A DNA stretch of 64,000 nucleotides from Octopus vulgaris. Taxonomy: Eukaryota. The translations under genes were made by a program, and so were the position numbers. The notes beneath the pieces are model-generated. The model ran no database searches, was not told the DNA's origin, and was given only the letters and a program-made list of their open reading frames with translations. The first letter of the stretch is position 1. Each line of letters starts with the position of its first letter. This document shows, piece after piece, positions 42,369 to 56,659 of this stretch. The DNA lies in the NCBI GenBank assembly GCA_951406725.2, contig OX597840.1:248001-312000 (forward strand), read 5' to 3'.

Positions 42369-42414
42369 ATTTTACGTTTCGGTTTTTCTTGAAAAAACGA
42401 ACCTTATTAAAAGT
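42369..42414 (-). ncRNA. Degenerate hammerhead-like motif related to the 7917 family
   Basis: Reverse complement: TTAATAA-GGTT...AACC-GAAAC-GTA; shares downstream ttgcattttcaaac with 7978; G5A and a weak stem I. Confidence 0.4.
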
Positions 42415-43217
42415 ATTTTTAAAAGCTAAGTGTAATGAAAAAGTTCATAATTGTTTCTTACTAGTCTCAACAGAGTACACATGGTGGTGTTTTGAGGTGG
42501 TGGGGGGCATAATGGCTGTCTTGTGCGTTGACTAGATTCGTTGGCTGTAATTGTGGAAATGACCAGTGGCCGAAACAGCAGTAGTAGCAGAGACTGTTGG
42601 TCGTAGTAGTAGTGACCATGGTGGTGATGGTTGGAATTGCAGCAGCAGTTCATTAGCTGTAGTAGTAGCAGCAGCAGCAGCGGTTGGAGTTGTAGTAGCA
42701 GTTCATTGGCTGAACTATATATATATAATTAAGAGAAATAACCTCTATTAAGCAATAATATTTATTATAGTATATTCAAATTTTCTATATGATATAGATA
42801 AAGTCTTTCACTATTGAATTACTTAATAGGGGTTATTTCTCTTAATTATATATACATATTGTATATTGTGAAATTTTATTTGGAATTGCTAAATTGAACT
42901 TTTCCCTGTAAGTTTGGAATTATATTCCCTCCTTTTATATATATGTGTGCGTGTTTGTGTTTGTGTGTGTTTGTGTGTGTTAGTGTGTATGTGTTTGTGT
43001 GTGCACGTACACGTGTGTGTACGTGTGTATGTGTGTGTGTGTGTGTATGTGTGCCAAAGGATGTTATTTTTACATAGCTTTCTCATTTCCATAAGAAGAA
43101 AAAGCTGAAGAATACTTTCAAAATTGCAGTTGAATCGTGATTGTGAAGGCGCGAAGTGTGTGCGCGTATCTGTAGGGTTGATGTACCCGAGAAACACGTA
43201 TGAATCATCTATATAAT

Positions 43218-43270
<53 letters not shown>

Positions 43271-43439
43271 GTTTCGCTGAAGGTGACACACATTGGCACA
43301 GAAAAAAAACATGGGTCTGGTAAGCAAACCCCTTACCACGCAGCTAAGCTACATCTATGTTTCTTGCACTAGCATAAGCATTAATTTTTACAGTCCACCG
43401 TTTTTAGTTTCTTTGTTGATAAATTCTATCGATTTTCCA

Positions 43440-43760
43440 ATGAGTTTAGATCAGACTACATATTAGACACTGCATATTGTATGAATTCAAAAGGAAGCTG
43501 CAAGAAATATTCATTCTGTCTATGGAAATGAAGCTTTAAGTGTCTTGAAATGCCAACAATAGTTTGCTCGGTTACACTCGGGAAATTCTTTCTCTTGCAG
43601 ACTCCCCTAAGGTTCTGTCAATAATGAGGTGCTGAAATCCAAAGTAAATTGTATGAAAATTAGCAAAACAGTTCAATTCAATTCACTTTTCAATCATAAA
43701 ATACCTTCGTGAACTAACAAAGATACCCAAACCTGGTGAGTGGCTCTCTCGTTAATTTGG
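43440..43760 (+). pseudogene. Mariner transposase N-terminal (HTH) remnant
   Basis: LHIRHCILYEFK / AARNIHSVYGNEALS..FARLHSGN / LAKQFNS..YLREL..KPGEWLS (WVPHEL-equivalent); frameshifts and stops. Confidence 0.8.
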
Positions 43761-43794
43761 CTTCCTATGATTTCAATATACAGTTTGGTGGTAA

Positions 43795-44012
43795 AAGCGG
43801 TGAGCTAACAAAATCGTTAGCATGCCGGGCAAACTGCTCAGCGGCATTTCGTTTCTCTTGACGTTGTGAGGTCATATTCCGTCAAGGTCAACTTTACCTT
43901 TCATCCTTTCAGGGTCGATGAAATAAGTACCAGTTAAGTACTAGAGTCGATGTAATCGACTTATCACCTGCCTACTTAATTGCTGGCCTTGTACCGAAAT
44001 TTGAAGCCAATA
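43795..44012 (+). mobile_element. Diverged SINE family A
   Basis: ctttcatcctttcagggtcgatgaaataagtaccagtt. Confidence 0.8.
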
Positions 44013-44111
44013 TATAAGTTCATGGGGATTTTGAATAATACTTTCAATCTGACTCCCGATAAACAGTAAAAGTAATTACCCAATTGTATGTATATATATA
44101 TATATATATAT

Positions 44112-45280
44112 CATATTAAATTAGAGATTAAACCACTATTAGGCAAATCAAACAATGAAAAACATAAGCCAATACATAAAATTAATTTAATTTATATTAT
44201 TTTAAATATATATCAAAAATATTAAAAGTTTAATAAAAGATAAAGAGTAAAACACTATGATCGTTTCATGGCTGTACAATTCGAATAACAATAATTTAAA
44301 TTCAATTAATAATTCGAGTTATGGTTACAGTCAATCTTCAGGTTAATTGAAATATCTAAAAAATAATCAGAAATATTTAAACAATATTTTTAAGATATAA
44401 ATAATATAATAATTTTACTTATAAACTCTATTATCAAATTAGAAACATAAAACTTAACAATTATGATTATATCAAAATCGACTATAATGTTAAATATTAA
44501 TTTTAATTTATAAGGTAGGAAAACCCACCAATAATCTAATATCGGTATTAATCTATATCTAATTACATAAATATTTAAAAATGACTATTATATATAAATT
44601 ATCAATGAAAATATATAAATGTATATAAATATTATAATTAAGATCTAAAATAATCTCTATAAATAAATATATATGCACATATAATAAAAACCTAAAAAAT
44701 TAATTTTTCATATTTAAAGATGAAATAGCTAATTTCAAAATACAAATAAACAAATTTAAACGAACTTTCGGAAATCTTATGTAAAATACTTATAGAAATA
44801 ATCAATTCGTAGTAATATAGTATCGAATAAATACTATAAATACTATAAATATAATTATCAATGGGAATAACTAGCGAATATCAATTTAAAAAAACAATAA
44901 CTAAGTTATGCTATTAAATAAGACATGGCTTGGACCAATCTTTAGTCGAAACATATCTAAGTTTATCAAAGTTTATCTAATTTAATTATAAGAAATTTAA
45001 AACTACAATTAATACTATTAAAACATGTATATACAAAAGCCTAACTTTATACACCTCGTATATTTTCTATCAAACAACAAATCTATCGCTAAGTAGTATC
45101 TTACGAATAAACTTAAATTTAATATCTAATAATGTAGAAAATTATGATAATTAGATCATTACATAAACAACGATATTTACAAAAGGAAAATATTATTACA
45201 CCAAAGACTTATACAATATTAAAATTTACAATTTGAAGATCTTAAATATAAATAAATATTTATCTTAGCGAGGTTTAGTA
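44112..45280 (-). mobile_element. Long AT-rich Penelope-like non-autonomous element with an HHR
   Basis: Shares both termini with the 38752 copy; begins at (TA)n; no ORF in the track. Confidence 0.7.
44253..44344 (-). ncRNA. Hammerhead motif, longer stem II version of the 38891 motif
   Basis: Reverse complement: CTGAAGA-ttgactgta...tacagccat-GAAAC-GATC-ATA-gtg (one stem III mismatch). Confidence 0.6.
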
Positions 45281-45282
45281 TA

Positions 45283-45570
<288 letters not shown>

Positions 45571-45576
45571 GTGTGT

Positions 45577-45920
45577 GTGGAGGCGCATGGCTCAGTGGTT
45601 AGAGCGTCGCGTCGAGCTTACGATCGTGAGGTTGTGAGTTCGAATCCCGGACCGGGCTACGTGTTGTGTTCTTGAGCAAGACACTTTGTTTCACGTTGCT
45701 CCAGTTCACTCATCTGTAGAAATGAGTTGCGACGTCACTGGTGCGAAGTTGTATCGGCCCCTTTGCCTTTCCCTTACATAACACTTGTGGAGAGGGGAGG
45801 CCGGTATGCATGGGCGACTGCTGGTCTTCCATTCTTCCATAAATTCTTCCAGGACTTGTGCCCGGGAGGGTAACTTTCTAGGTGCAATCCCACGGTCAAT
45901 CATGACCAAAGAGGGTCTCA
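45577..45920 (+). mobile_element. tRNA/CORE-like SINE, family D variant
   Basis: tggctcagtggttagagc...gagttcgaatccc; tgtgttcttgagcaagacactt. Confidence 0.85.
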
Positions 45921-45977
<57 letters not shown>

Positions 45978-45981
<4 letters not shown>

Positions 45982-46083
45982 AGGATGATCCGGTTTTTGA
46001 CTGACGATTAAAGGCCTCGAATGACCCGCCCGTGTTCTTTGTATCGTCTATTTAGATGTTTTGCGTTCTTGTCCCATTTTGTA

Positions 46084-46088
<5 letters not shown>
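45978..46088. mobile_element. Short (TA)n-associated repeat (inverted fragment at 54881-54920)
   Basis: atcgtc..atgttt..cgttcttgtccca.tttgta is shared between the two loci. Confidence 0.6.
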
Positions 46089-46166
<78 letters not shown>

Positions 46167-46639
46167 GCATACACTCAGTGTGGTACAGTATCTGGGGATC
46201 TGGAATTGTTGCGTAGCCTATCTTATCGTTTCCAGGCAACAATAGATGATTTACTCAGAGTTCTGATCGGTATTACGGAGATGTACTTGGAAAATGGAAA
46301 ATATACTGGTCTGAGATCGTTTGTCGAAACTAAAACGATTGCAGCATGGAAGACACAAGAAAACCGTTCAGGAAATCACGAAGACAGGCATCTTCACTTA
46401 GGAATTTAATTTCGTAATACGGCGTCAAATTTCGTTTCCAAAACTGCGGTTTGTTCACTGAATAAGTCTAAGCTGCATTTCAAAAGCAGCGCAAAATTTG
46501 TCAATGACCAGGTTGGACGCAGCTTTGAGCTACGAAAATCTTAAAAGCGATGTGCTCGAGACGTAAAATATCCAGTCATTTCCTTACTTTTACTGAGCGT
46601 CATATAAATACATTTCATATGTACATCCATGTTGTTTTG

Positions 46640-46705
<66 letters not shown>

Positions 46706-46792
46706 GTGTGTGTGTATGTATATGTATATATATATTTATACATATAAATACATGCACACACACACAAACACACACACACATATATATATATA

Positions 46793-47022
46793 CTCTTCAC
46801 TCTTTTACTTGTTTCAGTCATTTGACTGCGGCCATGCTGGAGCACCGCCTTTAATCGAGCAGGTCGACCCCGGGACTTATCTTTTGTAAGCCCAGTACTT
46901 AGTCTATCGGTCTTTTTGTCTTCTCTCCTGGTGCTGTATGAACATTTAATGTGGTTTTAGAGTCAAGTTTAGACTGCTATTTCCAGCGTGGTGGTATCTC
47001 TTAGATAGCCTAAATTATAATT
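46793..47022. mobile_element. SINE B 3' fragment fused to a fragment of the 11630 element
   Basis: Family B tail runs to ~46917, then the reverse complement of 11718-11825 follows. Confidence 0.8.
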
Positions 47023-47026
47023 ATAC

Positions 47027-47093
<67 letters not shown>

Positions 47094-47149
47094 CACGTTT
47101 AAATATTTGTTGTGCAAGATTTTTTATGTGAAGTCGTGTGTTGAAACAG

Positions 47150-47568
47150 ATATTGTTATATTTCGGAATGGTCATATTGCCAGTTTAGCCAATAAAAACA
47201 CACGCATTATATATTTGGTGTTATTTTGCTTCAGTGTTATTTATTTCAGTGTTATTTATTTTTTACATTAATCTTAATCTTATTTCGGCCTAACTAACCG
47301 TCAGCCATTTTGTATTTCTATTTTGTATACAACAGAAATACAAAATGGCTGACGGTTAGTAAGGAGAGACACAAATAAGAAAGAAGAAAACAAAGGACCA
47401 CTGATGCGGTCACAGGAGTGTGACGAAAGAACTCTGGCCGAAATAAGATTAAGATTAATGTAAAAAATAAATAACACTGAAATAAATAACACTGAAGCAA
47501 AATAACACCAAATATATAGTGCGTGTGTTTTTATTGGCTAAACTGGCAATATGACCATTCCGAAATAT

Positions 47569-47576
<8 letters not shown>
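47150..47576. mobile_element. Penelope-like element: 141-bp inverted arms, internal 27-bp hairpin and HHR
   Basis: 47150-47290 versus 47436-47576 (about one mismatch); 47293-47319 versus 47334-47360 perfect. Confidence 0.85.
47395..47439 (+). ncRNA. Type-I hammerhead motif (A9C)
   Basis: ggacca-CTGATGC-g-GTCACA(ggag)TGTGAC-GAAA-G(aa)-CTC-tggcc. Confidence 0.65.
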
Positions 47577-47607
<31 letters not shown>

Positions 47608-48539
47608 CACACATACGTGTGTGTGTGTTTATATATATACACACACATACATATCTATATATGTATACACACGCACACACACATATAATTCCATGGACAT
47701 TAACAGGTAATCAATATTTGATTTAAAAATTGCTGTGACATACATTGTCATTCACTCACATTTACTACAATAACAGTAAATTTCCATCTCTTAGTCTTCC
47801 ACCATTTTTAACGCTTACATTTTTCCCAACCATTCGAACGACGGGTGAATTCGTTTCTCTGACGGACTTTTATGAAGGGCATTCCGTCCATATAAAGGTG
47901 TGTCCATTTTTAAAGTCTTACTTTAAACGTTTTTCATTGCAACCAAAAATGTATTTTGTCATATTTATGTTCATTTTTCAGGCTACAACCTTGTTTTAAA
48001 GACTCTTCCTCAGATATTGGACAATCCCTATCCAAAAATTTCTTGGAATCGAATTTATTGCTTTCTTCCACAGATTGATTTATTACTTGGGGGTGCCATC
48101 AGTCTCTCCAAGAGTACAAAATTGTTTCTCATATCGGAACCGATTTTCATATGCAGCGCAATGCACAACATTAATAAACAGCATCAGTCTTCAAAATATG
48201 GCAGTGCCTTACTTCCTTCTTCCCACCCTTTTCTTTCCTCCCTCCATTTCTTCCTTCCTTCCTTCGCTGACAATATTTTCGTTACTCCTTCCTTCCGTCA
48301 TCGTTTGTTTCTTTCTCTCTGTCTTTCTTTCCTTCTTTCTTTATTTCATTCTTGTACGAAGAATTACCGAAAATATTATTTGCAGCACTGATTTAAATGT
48401 CTGCCTTTTCCAATATCTGCCTAATTTTGCTATTGTCAACGCTTTAGTAATAATGCCTTCTTCTTTTCTTTCCTTTCTTCGTTCGTTCGTTCGTTCCTTC
48501 CTTCGTTCCTTCCCCCCTTCTTCTTCTTCTTCTTCTTCT

Positions 48540-48571
<32 letters not shown>

Positions 48572-48662
48572 CTCTCTTCTTCTTCTTCTTCTTCTTCTTC
48601 TTCTTCTTCTTCTCCTCCTCCTCCTCCTCCTTCATCTGGATAAAAATAGTTGAAGGATATCG

Positions 48663-48754
<92 letters not shown>

Positions 48755-49115
48755 GCACGACTGGTTATGGCCCTGGTCAAATCAATATTATTAATTACTT
48801 CACTAAACTTATTCAACCTTACCCTCAGTAAATATAGTCTTTTTTTTTTTTACCAAGCCGCTAAATTTGGGAATCGTAAACAAACGAACATCATTTGGCT
48901 ACGAATATTACTTATACATATATACATATATAAGGTTATCATCTAAATTCATTGCGTTCTCTCTGGTTTGAAGGTCAACAAAGAATATTTTGTATAGGTT
49001 TTGAGAAAGTTCGGAAAGAGATTTCAGAGCAAAACGCCAGCACTCTATCACTCGGGTCGGCTGGAACCTACATCAAGACAATGAATCAGTCCACAACACT
49101 ATTCTGATAACTTGC

Positions 49116-49408
49116 TGTCCAGATCTTGCTCCCTGTAACTTTTGATTGTTATCCAAGTAGAAGGCGTACCTCAGGAGCGGCCATTTTGAAAACATTGAGG
49201 AAATGAGGGAGCTTTGTGAAGGTTACTGGACACCTTCATTTCATTTTGGGGGACTCCAACTGGTCCTTAACGAAGTGGCTGGTGTGCTACAACAAATGTA
49301 TTGAAGTCAGCGGGCACTACTTCGAAGGAGATTAGAGTTTTGTACCTCTTTAAGATTGATAAATGTCTCTTCTGAAAGAGTCTCCAACCTTCTGGCATAA
49401 ACCTTGTA
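49116..49408 (+). pseudogene. Mariner transposase C-terminal remnant and probable 3' terminal inverted repeat
   Basis: CPDLAPCNF*LLSK*KAYLRSGHFENIEEM...[20 protein letters not shown] (YSPDLAP motif); ends aaccttgta. Confidence 0.85.
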
Positions 49409-49418
49409 TATGTATAAG

Positions 49419-49471
<53 letters not shown>

Positions 49472-49488
49472 CTATCTATATATATGAA

Positions 49489-49528
<40 letters not shown>

Positions 49529-49613
49529 TATATATATATTATATATATATATATATGTATAAGTGTATATATATATGTGTGTGTGTGTGTGTATGTGTAT
49601 CTATCTATATATA

Positions 49614-49709
<96 letters not shown>

Positions 49710-50207
49710 GTATATATTTGTCAAGGATGAAGAAATATCTTGTAGACTAAATCTAAAGCCTCTTCCAATGGCTTCAATCAGATAAACCACTATATCACTG
49801 TGGCGGGAAATTAGACGTCACGTGAATGTGTTATATTTTGCTTTTCGTCTTTGTCAATCGTAATTTTCTTTTTTTTTGTTTTTTGCTTCATTATTTTATT
49901 TTCCCTTATTTCTTTATTTTATTATTCTTTCCTTTTGACTAGTAATGGCGTTTCTGAAAGTGATTTATGAGGGTGACAATTGGGATTATCTATAGGTAGA
50001 GCCGTGGAAGAGAGATGCAGATGGGTTTGGCGGCGGTGGTAGTGGTGGTGGTCATGATGGTGATGATGATGGTGATGATGATGATGGTGATGATGGTGAT
50101 GATGATGATGGTGGTAGTGAAGGTAGTGAGAGTTGCGTGGCACTTCATCGGATGTTGAAAGGATAGCTGCCATGCAGACCCATAGATTTGAAGAACTGTG
50201 CACATTG

Positions 50208-50257
<50 letters not shown>

Positions 50258-50264
50258 GTATATG

Positions 50265-50295
<31 letters not shown>

Positions 50296-50331
50296 TATAT
50301 ATAATATATTATACATATTATATATATATAT

Positions 50332-50420
<89 letters not shown>

Positions 50421-50577
50421 TAGATAGATAGATAGATAGATACTATCTGTTCAAAGGAACAGATTGTCTGTGAGAGGGAGAAAGAGAGAATAATAGAGAG
50501 AGAGAGGATGGGAGAAGGAGGACATCTATTGCTATACGTGCGCATATATGCGTGTATGACAGTGTGTGCGACTGTAT

Positions 50578-50624
<47 letters not shown>

Positions 50625-51844
50625 ACGCACATACGCAGAAACATTCGCACACACACACACACACATATGTATTTATAGTTTGATAGCTTGATTTATGAAT
50701 GATGATCAAATAGACTGATTTGATAGATGAACAGGAAATTAGCATTGAAGCTGTTTGTCTTCTTCATCACGCTATCATATGTTGCCATGGTGACAAAATG
50801 ATGTTGCTGCTGTTAATGATGATGATGACGCAACTGGTCATTTATAGCCTTCGCTGAAGATAGACTACGATGCGTTGACAGGTGTCTATCTCTCTGTCAG
50901 TCTATCTATGAGTCTATCTATTCATCTGTCCGTCCGTCCGTCCGTCTATGTCTGTCTCTATACTTTTCTATATATCTGTGAACGTAAAATGTATGTATGT
51001 ATGTATGTATGTATGTATGTATGTATGTATATATACATACATACACATATATATGATATACATATATGCATGTATATATATATTATATTATATGATATGT
51101 ATGTACGTATGTATGTATGTATGTTTGTATGTTTGTATGTATGTATGTATGTTTGTATGTATGTATTTATGTATGTATGTATATATATAGATATATATAC
51201 ATACATACACATATGTATAATATACATATATGCATGTATATATATATTATATTATATTATATGTATGTATGTATGTATATATGTATGTATGTATGAATGT
51301 ATGTATGTATGTATGTATGTATATATATAGATATATATACATACATACACACATATATAATATACATATATGCATGTATATATATATTATATTATATTAT
51401 ATGTATGTATGAATGAATGAATGTATGTATGTATGTATGTATATATATATACATACATACACATATATATAATATACATATATGCATGTATATATATATT
51501 ATATTATATATATTATATTATATGTATGTACGCATGTACGTATGTATGTATGTATGTATGTATGTATGAATGGATGGATGGATGTATATATGACCTATCT
51601 TCAGCTCACTTCATCAACGTGCATGGTTAAAACCTTGAACAAAACGGCATAGGAATATCGATCTTGGATCAATATTTACTGCAGCTGAATAAGGAAAACG
51701 TACGTGAATATTACGTCGAAAGACACCAGGAAACTTAGCAAGCAGAAATATCCCGTGTTGGATTGAAGTTTGATAAGTATCATACAGTAATAAATAAATA
51801 AATTCTGAAGACGTATAATTTTCCATACTTCTCATGAAGTATGT

Positions 51845-52306
51845 ATGTCGTTGCTATTATGTTAAACCAGTGGTTTTCAACCAGGGTTCCGCCAGTACAG
51901 TCCAGGGGTTCCGGAAGAAGTTACAAAACTGCTAAAATCGGCAGTAATTTTTAATTCTCCTGTGCAGATATGTGTGCATAAGACTATTAAATTATTGCAC
52001 AGGGGTTCCTCGAGCCAGTGGAATGTTTCCTTGGGGTTCCGCTCCAGCAAAAAGTTTGAAAAGCACTGTGTTAAACTGTCGTGTGTCCAAATTTGGCCAA
52101 ATTTGTTTTTTCAGTATTTATCTTTGCTTGCAATAGCATGTTCTTTTGGTCAAACTGTCGTATCTCCAGCAACCTCAGATGCCAAGATATGAAAGTTGTT
52201 AAAGTGTAGTTCGACGGTTTTGCTATAGATTGGTGAGACTATTTTTTTCGTTTTCTGAAAAGGCTACATTTTGGACTTAGGATCCGTTTGCATAATAGCA
52301 ACGATA
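51845..52306. mobile_element. Outer MITE-like element with ~45-bp imperfect terminal inverted repeats
   Basis: tcgttgctattatg...gtccaaa.t.gcc versus ggc...tttggac...cataatagcaacga once the inner insert is removed. Confidence 0.6.
51868..52068. mobile_element. hAT-type MITE (201 bp)
   Basis: TIRs CAGTGGTTTTCAA / TTGAAAAGCACTG; 8-bp TSD tgttaaac (51860, 52069). Confidence 0.9.
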
Positions 52307-52432
52307 TGTGTGTTTGTGTGTGCATGTGTGTTTGTTTGTTTGTGTATGTGTGTATTTGTGTGTGTGTGTGTGTGGATGTGTGTGCATTTTGCGCACTTTG
52401 GCTGTGTTTTTAGGTAGCTTTGGTTGCCATAC

Positions 52433-52904
52433 ATTTTACTCTTTACACTTTTAGACTTTTACTTGTTTCAGTCATTTGACTGTGGCTATGCTGGAGCATC
52501 GTCTTATGTCGAGCAAATCGACCCTAGGACTTATTCTTTTGTAAGTCTAGTGCTTATTCTATCTGCCTCTTTTGGCCGAACCGCTAAGTGACGGGGACGT
52601 AAACATACCAGCATCGGTTGTCAAGTGATGTTGGGGGGACAAACACAGACACACAAACATATACACACATACATACTCTTTACTATTTTTACTCTTTTAC
52701 TTGTTTCAGTCATTTGACTGCGGCCATGCTGCAGCACCGCCTTTAGTCGAGCGAATCGACCCCGGGACTTATTTTTTGCAAGCCCAGTACTTATTCTATC
52801 GGTCTCTTTTGCCGAACCGCTAAGTGACGGACATGTAAACACACCAGCATCGGTTGTCAAGCAATGCTAGGGGGACAAACACAGACACACACATACATTT
52901 ATAC

Positions 52905-52961
<57 letters not shown>

Positions 52962-53110
52962 TACGACGGGCTTCTTTCAGATTCCGTCTATCAAATCCAC
53001 TCACAAGCCATTGGTCGGCCCGGGGCTATAGCAGAAGACACTTGCCCAAGATGCCACGCAGTGGGACTGAACCCAGAACCATGTGGTTGGTAAGCAAGCT
53101 GCTTACCACG
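52433..53110 (-). mobile_element. Tandem SINE family B (3' half plus a near full-length copy)
   Basis: ttttacttgtttcagtcatttgactg at ~52457 and ~52695. Confidence 0.9.
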
Positions 53111-53227
53111 CCAAACTGACCAATCGCATAGAGACTCTAAACTTTGCCTCGTATGCGACGTCGTGTCCATTCTTGGCTAATGCTGTAAACAAGCTTGACC
53201 GACTGATTTGTGTCTGCACGTCTTTTC

Positions 53228-53264
<37 letters not shown>

Positions 53265-53547
53265 TTGGTGGTGGTGGTGATGATGATGATGATGAAGATG
53301 ATGATGATGTTGGTGGTGGTGGTGATGATGATGATGATGATGATGATGAACACGACAATGATGATGATGATGATGATGAGGATGATGACGATGGTAATAA
53401 TGATGATGATGATGATCTATTAAACAGTATTTTTTAAAACCATGTGTGTACATGTTTTTTCGTGTAATTTATATGCGTGTGTGTGTATATATATATATAT
53501 CTATATATATCTATACACATATATATATATACATATATGTATGTATG

Positions 53548-53585
<38 letters not shown>

Positions 53586-53587
53586 TG

Positions 53588-53653
<66 letters not shown>

Positions 53654-54546
53654 ATGTCTATATAGGTAGTTGTGTGTGTGTGTGTGTGTGTGCATACGTA
53701 CATGTGCATCTCTCTCTCTCTCTCTTTGTATATATGCGGGTATATATGTAAATATATGCATGTAGGCGGTAGGCGTGAGTATATGCGTGTCTCTCTGAAC
53801 CTGTATGTGTACGCTCGTGTCTCTCCACGTGTGAGTGTGTGTGAGTGCATGTATATGCATGTGTAAGTATATGCGTAAATGCATGCGTGGATGCGTGCAT
53901 GTGTAAATGTGGATGTGAGTTGGCGCCTTTGTGTGTGGGTTTTTTTTTCTTTTTTTACAGTTCAAAGGTTTCCGAAGAACTGTTGAATTCTTTGTTAATA
54001 ATTCCGAATATCCAGCGAGGACATATTACAGACAGTCTCTGACCACCTTGTTGTTGTTGTCGTTTTCTTGTGGCGACAATTTAGCCACAGGCCAGCAATC
54101 TTCCAAGCGATCTGTGATCAAAAATATTCCATTCGTGACAATCCTATCTTTTGTTTCTTTTTTTATATTTTACCTTAATTTTTTTGCGTAGGCATGACAG
54201 TTTGGTTAAGAATATCACTTCAGAACCAGCCAGATAGTTTCGGGTTCAATCTCAACGTACAGCATCGAGTTGGCAAATACCTTGTTGCTTTGCCAGAGAT
54301 TTTTGCAGTCCAAAACTGTGTGGAAGCCCAACGAAGCTTAAAGGTGATCCACAAGCGCTCAGGTTTGAGTGCTTCTGGTAGCAGAAACAGCTTTAAGCCA
54401 ATGAAAGGGATTACGTAATTACTGTTCCTTTCTCATTTAGCTAATACATATTTTGCTTTGTACTCGCTGAATGATTTGCTCTGAAGCATATGCACAGTGA
54501 GTTCTAACATCAGATTACTAGTATCGCAGTGCCCGAGAGAAATATT

Positions 54547-54611
<65 letters not shown>

Positions 54612-54722
54612 AAAAATGGTAAATAATTTTCCTGTGGTTTTTCATGTAACCAACAATTATTTACCGGTAAATTTCGGTATGTAAATACGACAAAATAATT
54701 GTCAAGACCTTTGTAAGGTTCA

Positions 54723-54799
<77 letters not shown>

Positions 54800-54820
54800 T
54801 ACATATGTGTATACGTATAC

Positions 54821-54869
<49 letters not shown>

Positions 54870-54972
54870 AATGTAAAAAATACAAACTGGGACAAGAACG
54901 TGAAACATTTAGAAGACGATATATATATATGTATATATGGACATATATGCACAAACACAGACGCATATGAAG

Positions 54973-55011
<39 letters not shown>

Positions 55012-55153
55012 AATATACAAACACACCATACACACACACACAAGATGTCAATATTATATGTTTTGCCTTAGGTCAAAAGAATGCAAAAGGAGTGGTTAAT
55101 ACATGTAGAAGATATGGTTGGTGTTTGTCCCCCGGATCGATTTTCAATGACGA

Positions 55154-55248
<95 letters not shown>

Positions 55249-55391
55249 GTGTAAATATATATATATATATATAAAGACGAAAACAGGTGGTGTAGGCAAA
55301 AACAGATGTATTTGTATAGATAGATAGATAGATTGATAAATAGAAAGATATATATCTATATATATATATAAATATATATATAAATGTATAT

Positions 55392-55464
<73 letters not shown>

Positions 55465-55471
55465 CTCATAT

Positions 55472-55503
<32 letters not shown>

Positions 55504-55547
55504 CTATCTATCTCTATCTCTCTCTCTCTATCTATCTATCTAGATAA

Positions 55548-55593
<46 letters not shown>

Positions 55594-56073
55594 CCATACA
55601 TACATACCTACATATACGCACACATAGATAGAATGAAAGAACAAGTTGAGCTTTGACAAGTTGAAGAAGAGGGAAAAGCCGCACCCGGGAAAGTTTTATG
55701 ATTTTTTCTACTACAAAATTCCCTTTGGGCATACATTGATAATTTTGCACTAAAATTTTCTTGTACGGAAACCAGTTTTCTATACTTTAAGTAACATGAT
55801 TTTATCTCTTGTTTAATTTTGTGTTGTGCATGTAAAATTCATTTTTTGAAAACATACACTGATATATTTTTAGTAAAATACAGGGTGTCGCAGAATTAAC
55901 AATCTATTTTAATGAAATCGTGCAAATTAAGAAAAAATTTACAAACAAGATGGCAGAATTTGTTTTTTTATTTAATTATGATACCAAAAGAAATATATTT
56001 ATCTATCCTGCGTCAAAATTTTATTGAAAATTTTCAACAAGTGATCCATTTGTAGTAAAGATTGTTTGCCAAT

Positions 56074-56458
56074 GTGGAGGCGCAATGGCCCAGTGGTTAG
56101 AGCAGCGGATTCGCGGTCGTAGGATCGCGTTTTCGATTCCCAGACCGGGCGTTGTGAGTGTTTATTGAGCGAAAACACCTAAAAGCTCCACGAGGCTCCG
56201 GCAGGGGATGGTGGTGATCCCTGCTGTACTCTTTCACCACAACTTTCTCTCACTCTTACTTCCTGTTTCTGTTGTACCTATATTTCAAAGGGCCGGCCTT
56301 GTCACTCTCTGTGTCACGCTGAATATCCCCGAGAACTACGTTAAGGGTACACGTGTCTGTGGAGTGCTCAGCCTCTTACACGTTAATTTCACGAGCAGGC
56401 TGTTCCGTTGATCGGATCAACCAGAACCCTCATCGTCGTAACCGACGGAGTGCTTCCA
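56074..56458 (+). mobile_element. SINE family C, full length
   Basis: Near-identical to the 9342 copy; TSD gtttgccaat (56064/56463). Confidence 0.92.
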
Positions 56459-56616
56459 AGAAGTTTGCCAATATAACATGGCTGCCTGGTTTAGGACGAA
56501 TGTTGCTGTAATTTAACCCCAGGAGACATCGTCTCCAGCTTACTATACAACACGATCTGTGCCCTTATATTTTCGAACAAGGGAATAAAGCACCCCCACT
56601 CAGCTCAAAAAAATAT

Positions 56617-56659
56617 CTGTGCATTGCGATTTCCGGGTTATTTCCCTTCATCAGCACAG
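56617..56659 (-). ncRNA. Hammerhead motif with non-cleavable G17
   Basis: Reverse complement: ctgtg-CTGATGA-a-GGG(aaataa)CCC-g-GAAA-TCGCA-ATG-cacag. Confidence 0.6.

Noticed and set aside
44350-45280. Very AT-rich stretch resembling a mitochondrial insertion (NUMT)
   Set aside because: No recognisable mitochondrial gene or rRNA motif; both ends match a dispersed HHR-bearing repeat.
45999-46030. CTGACGA-ttaaaggcctc-GAATGAC
   Set aside because: Lacks GAAA and NUH; stem II is weak.
50852-50895. CTGAAGA followed by a TAGAC/GTCTA stem
   Set aside because: No GAAA or cleavage triplet after the stem.
54653-54702. Minus-strand motif with GAAA, a palindromic ATTTACCGGTAAAT and flanking complementarity
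   Set aside because: The 5' core is unrecognisable (TTGTCGT); at best a decayed HHR.
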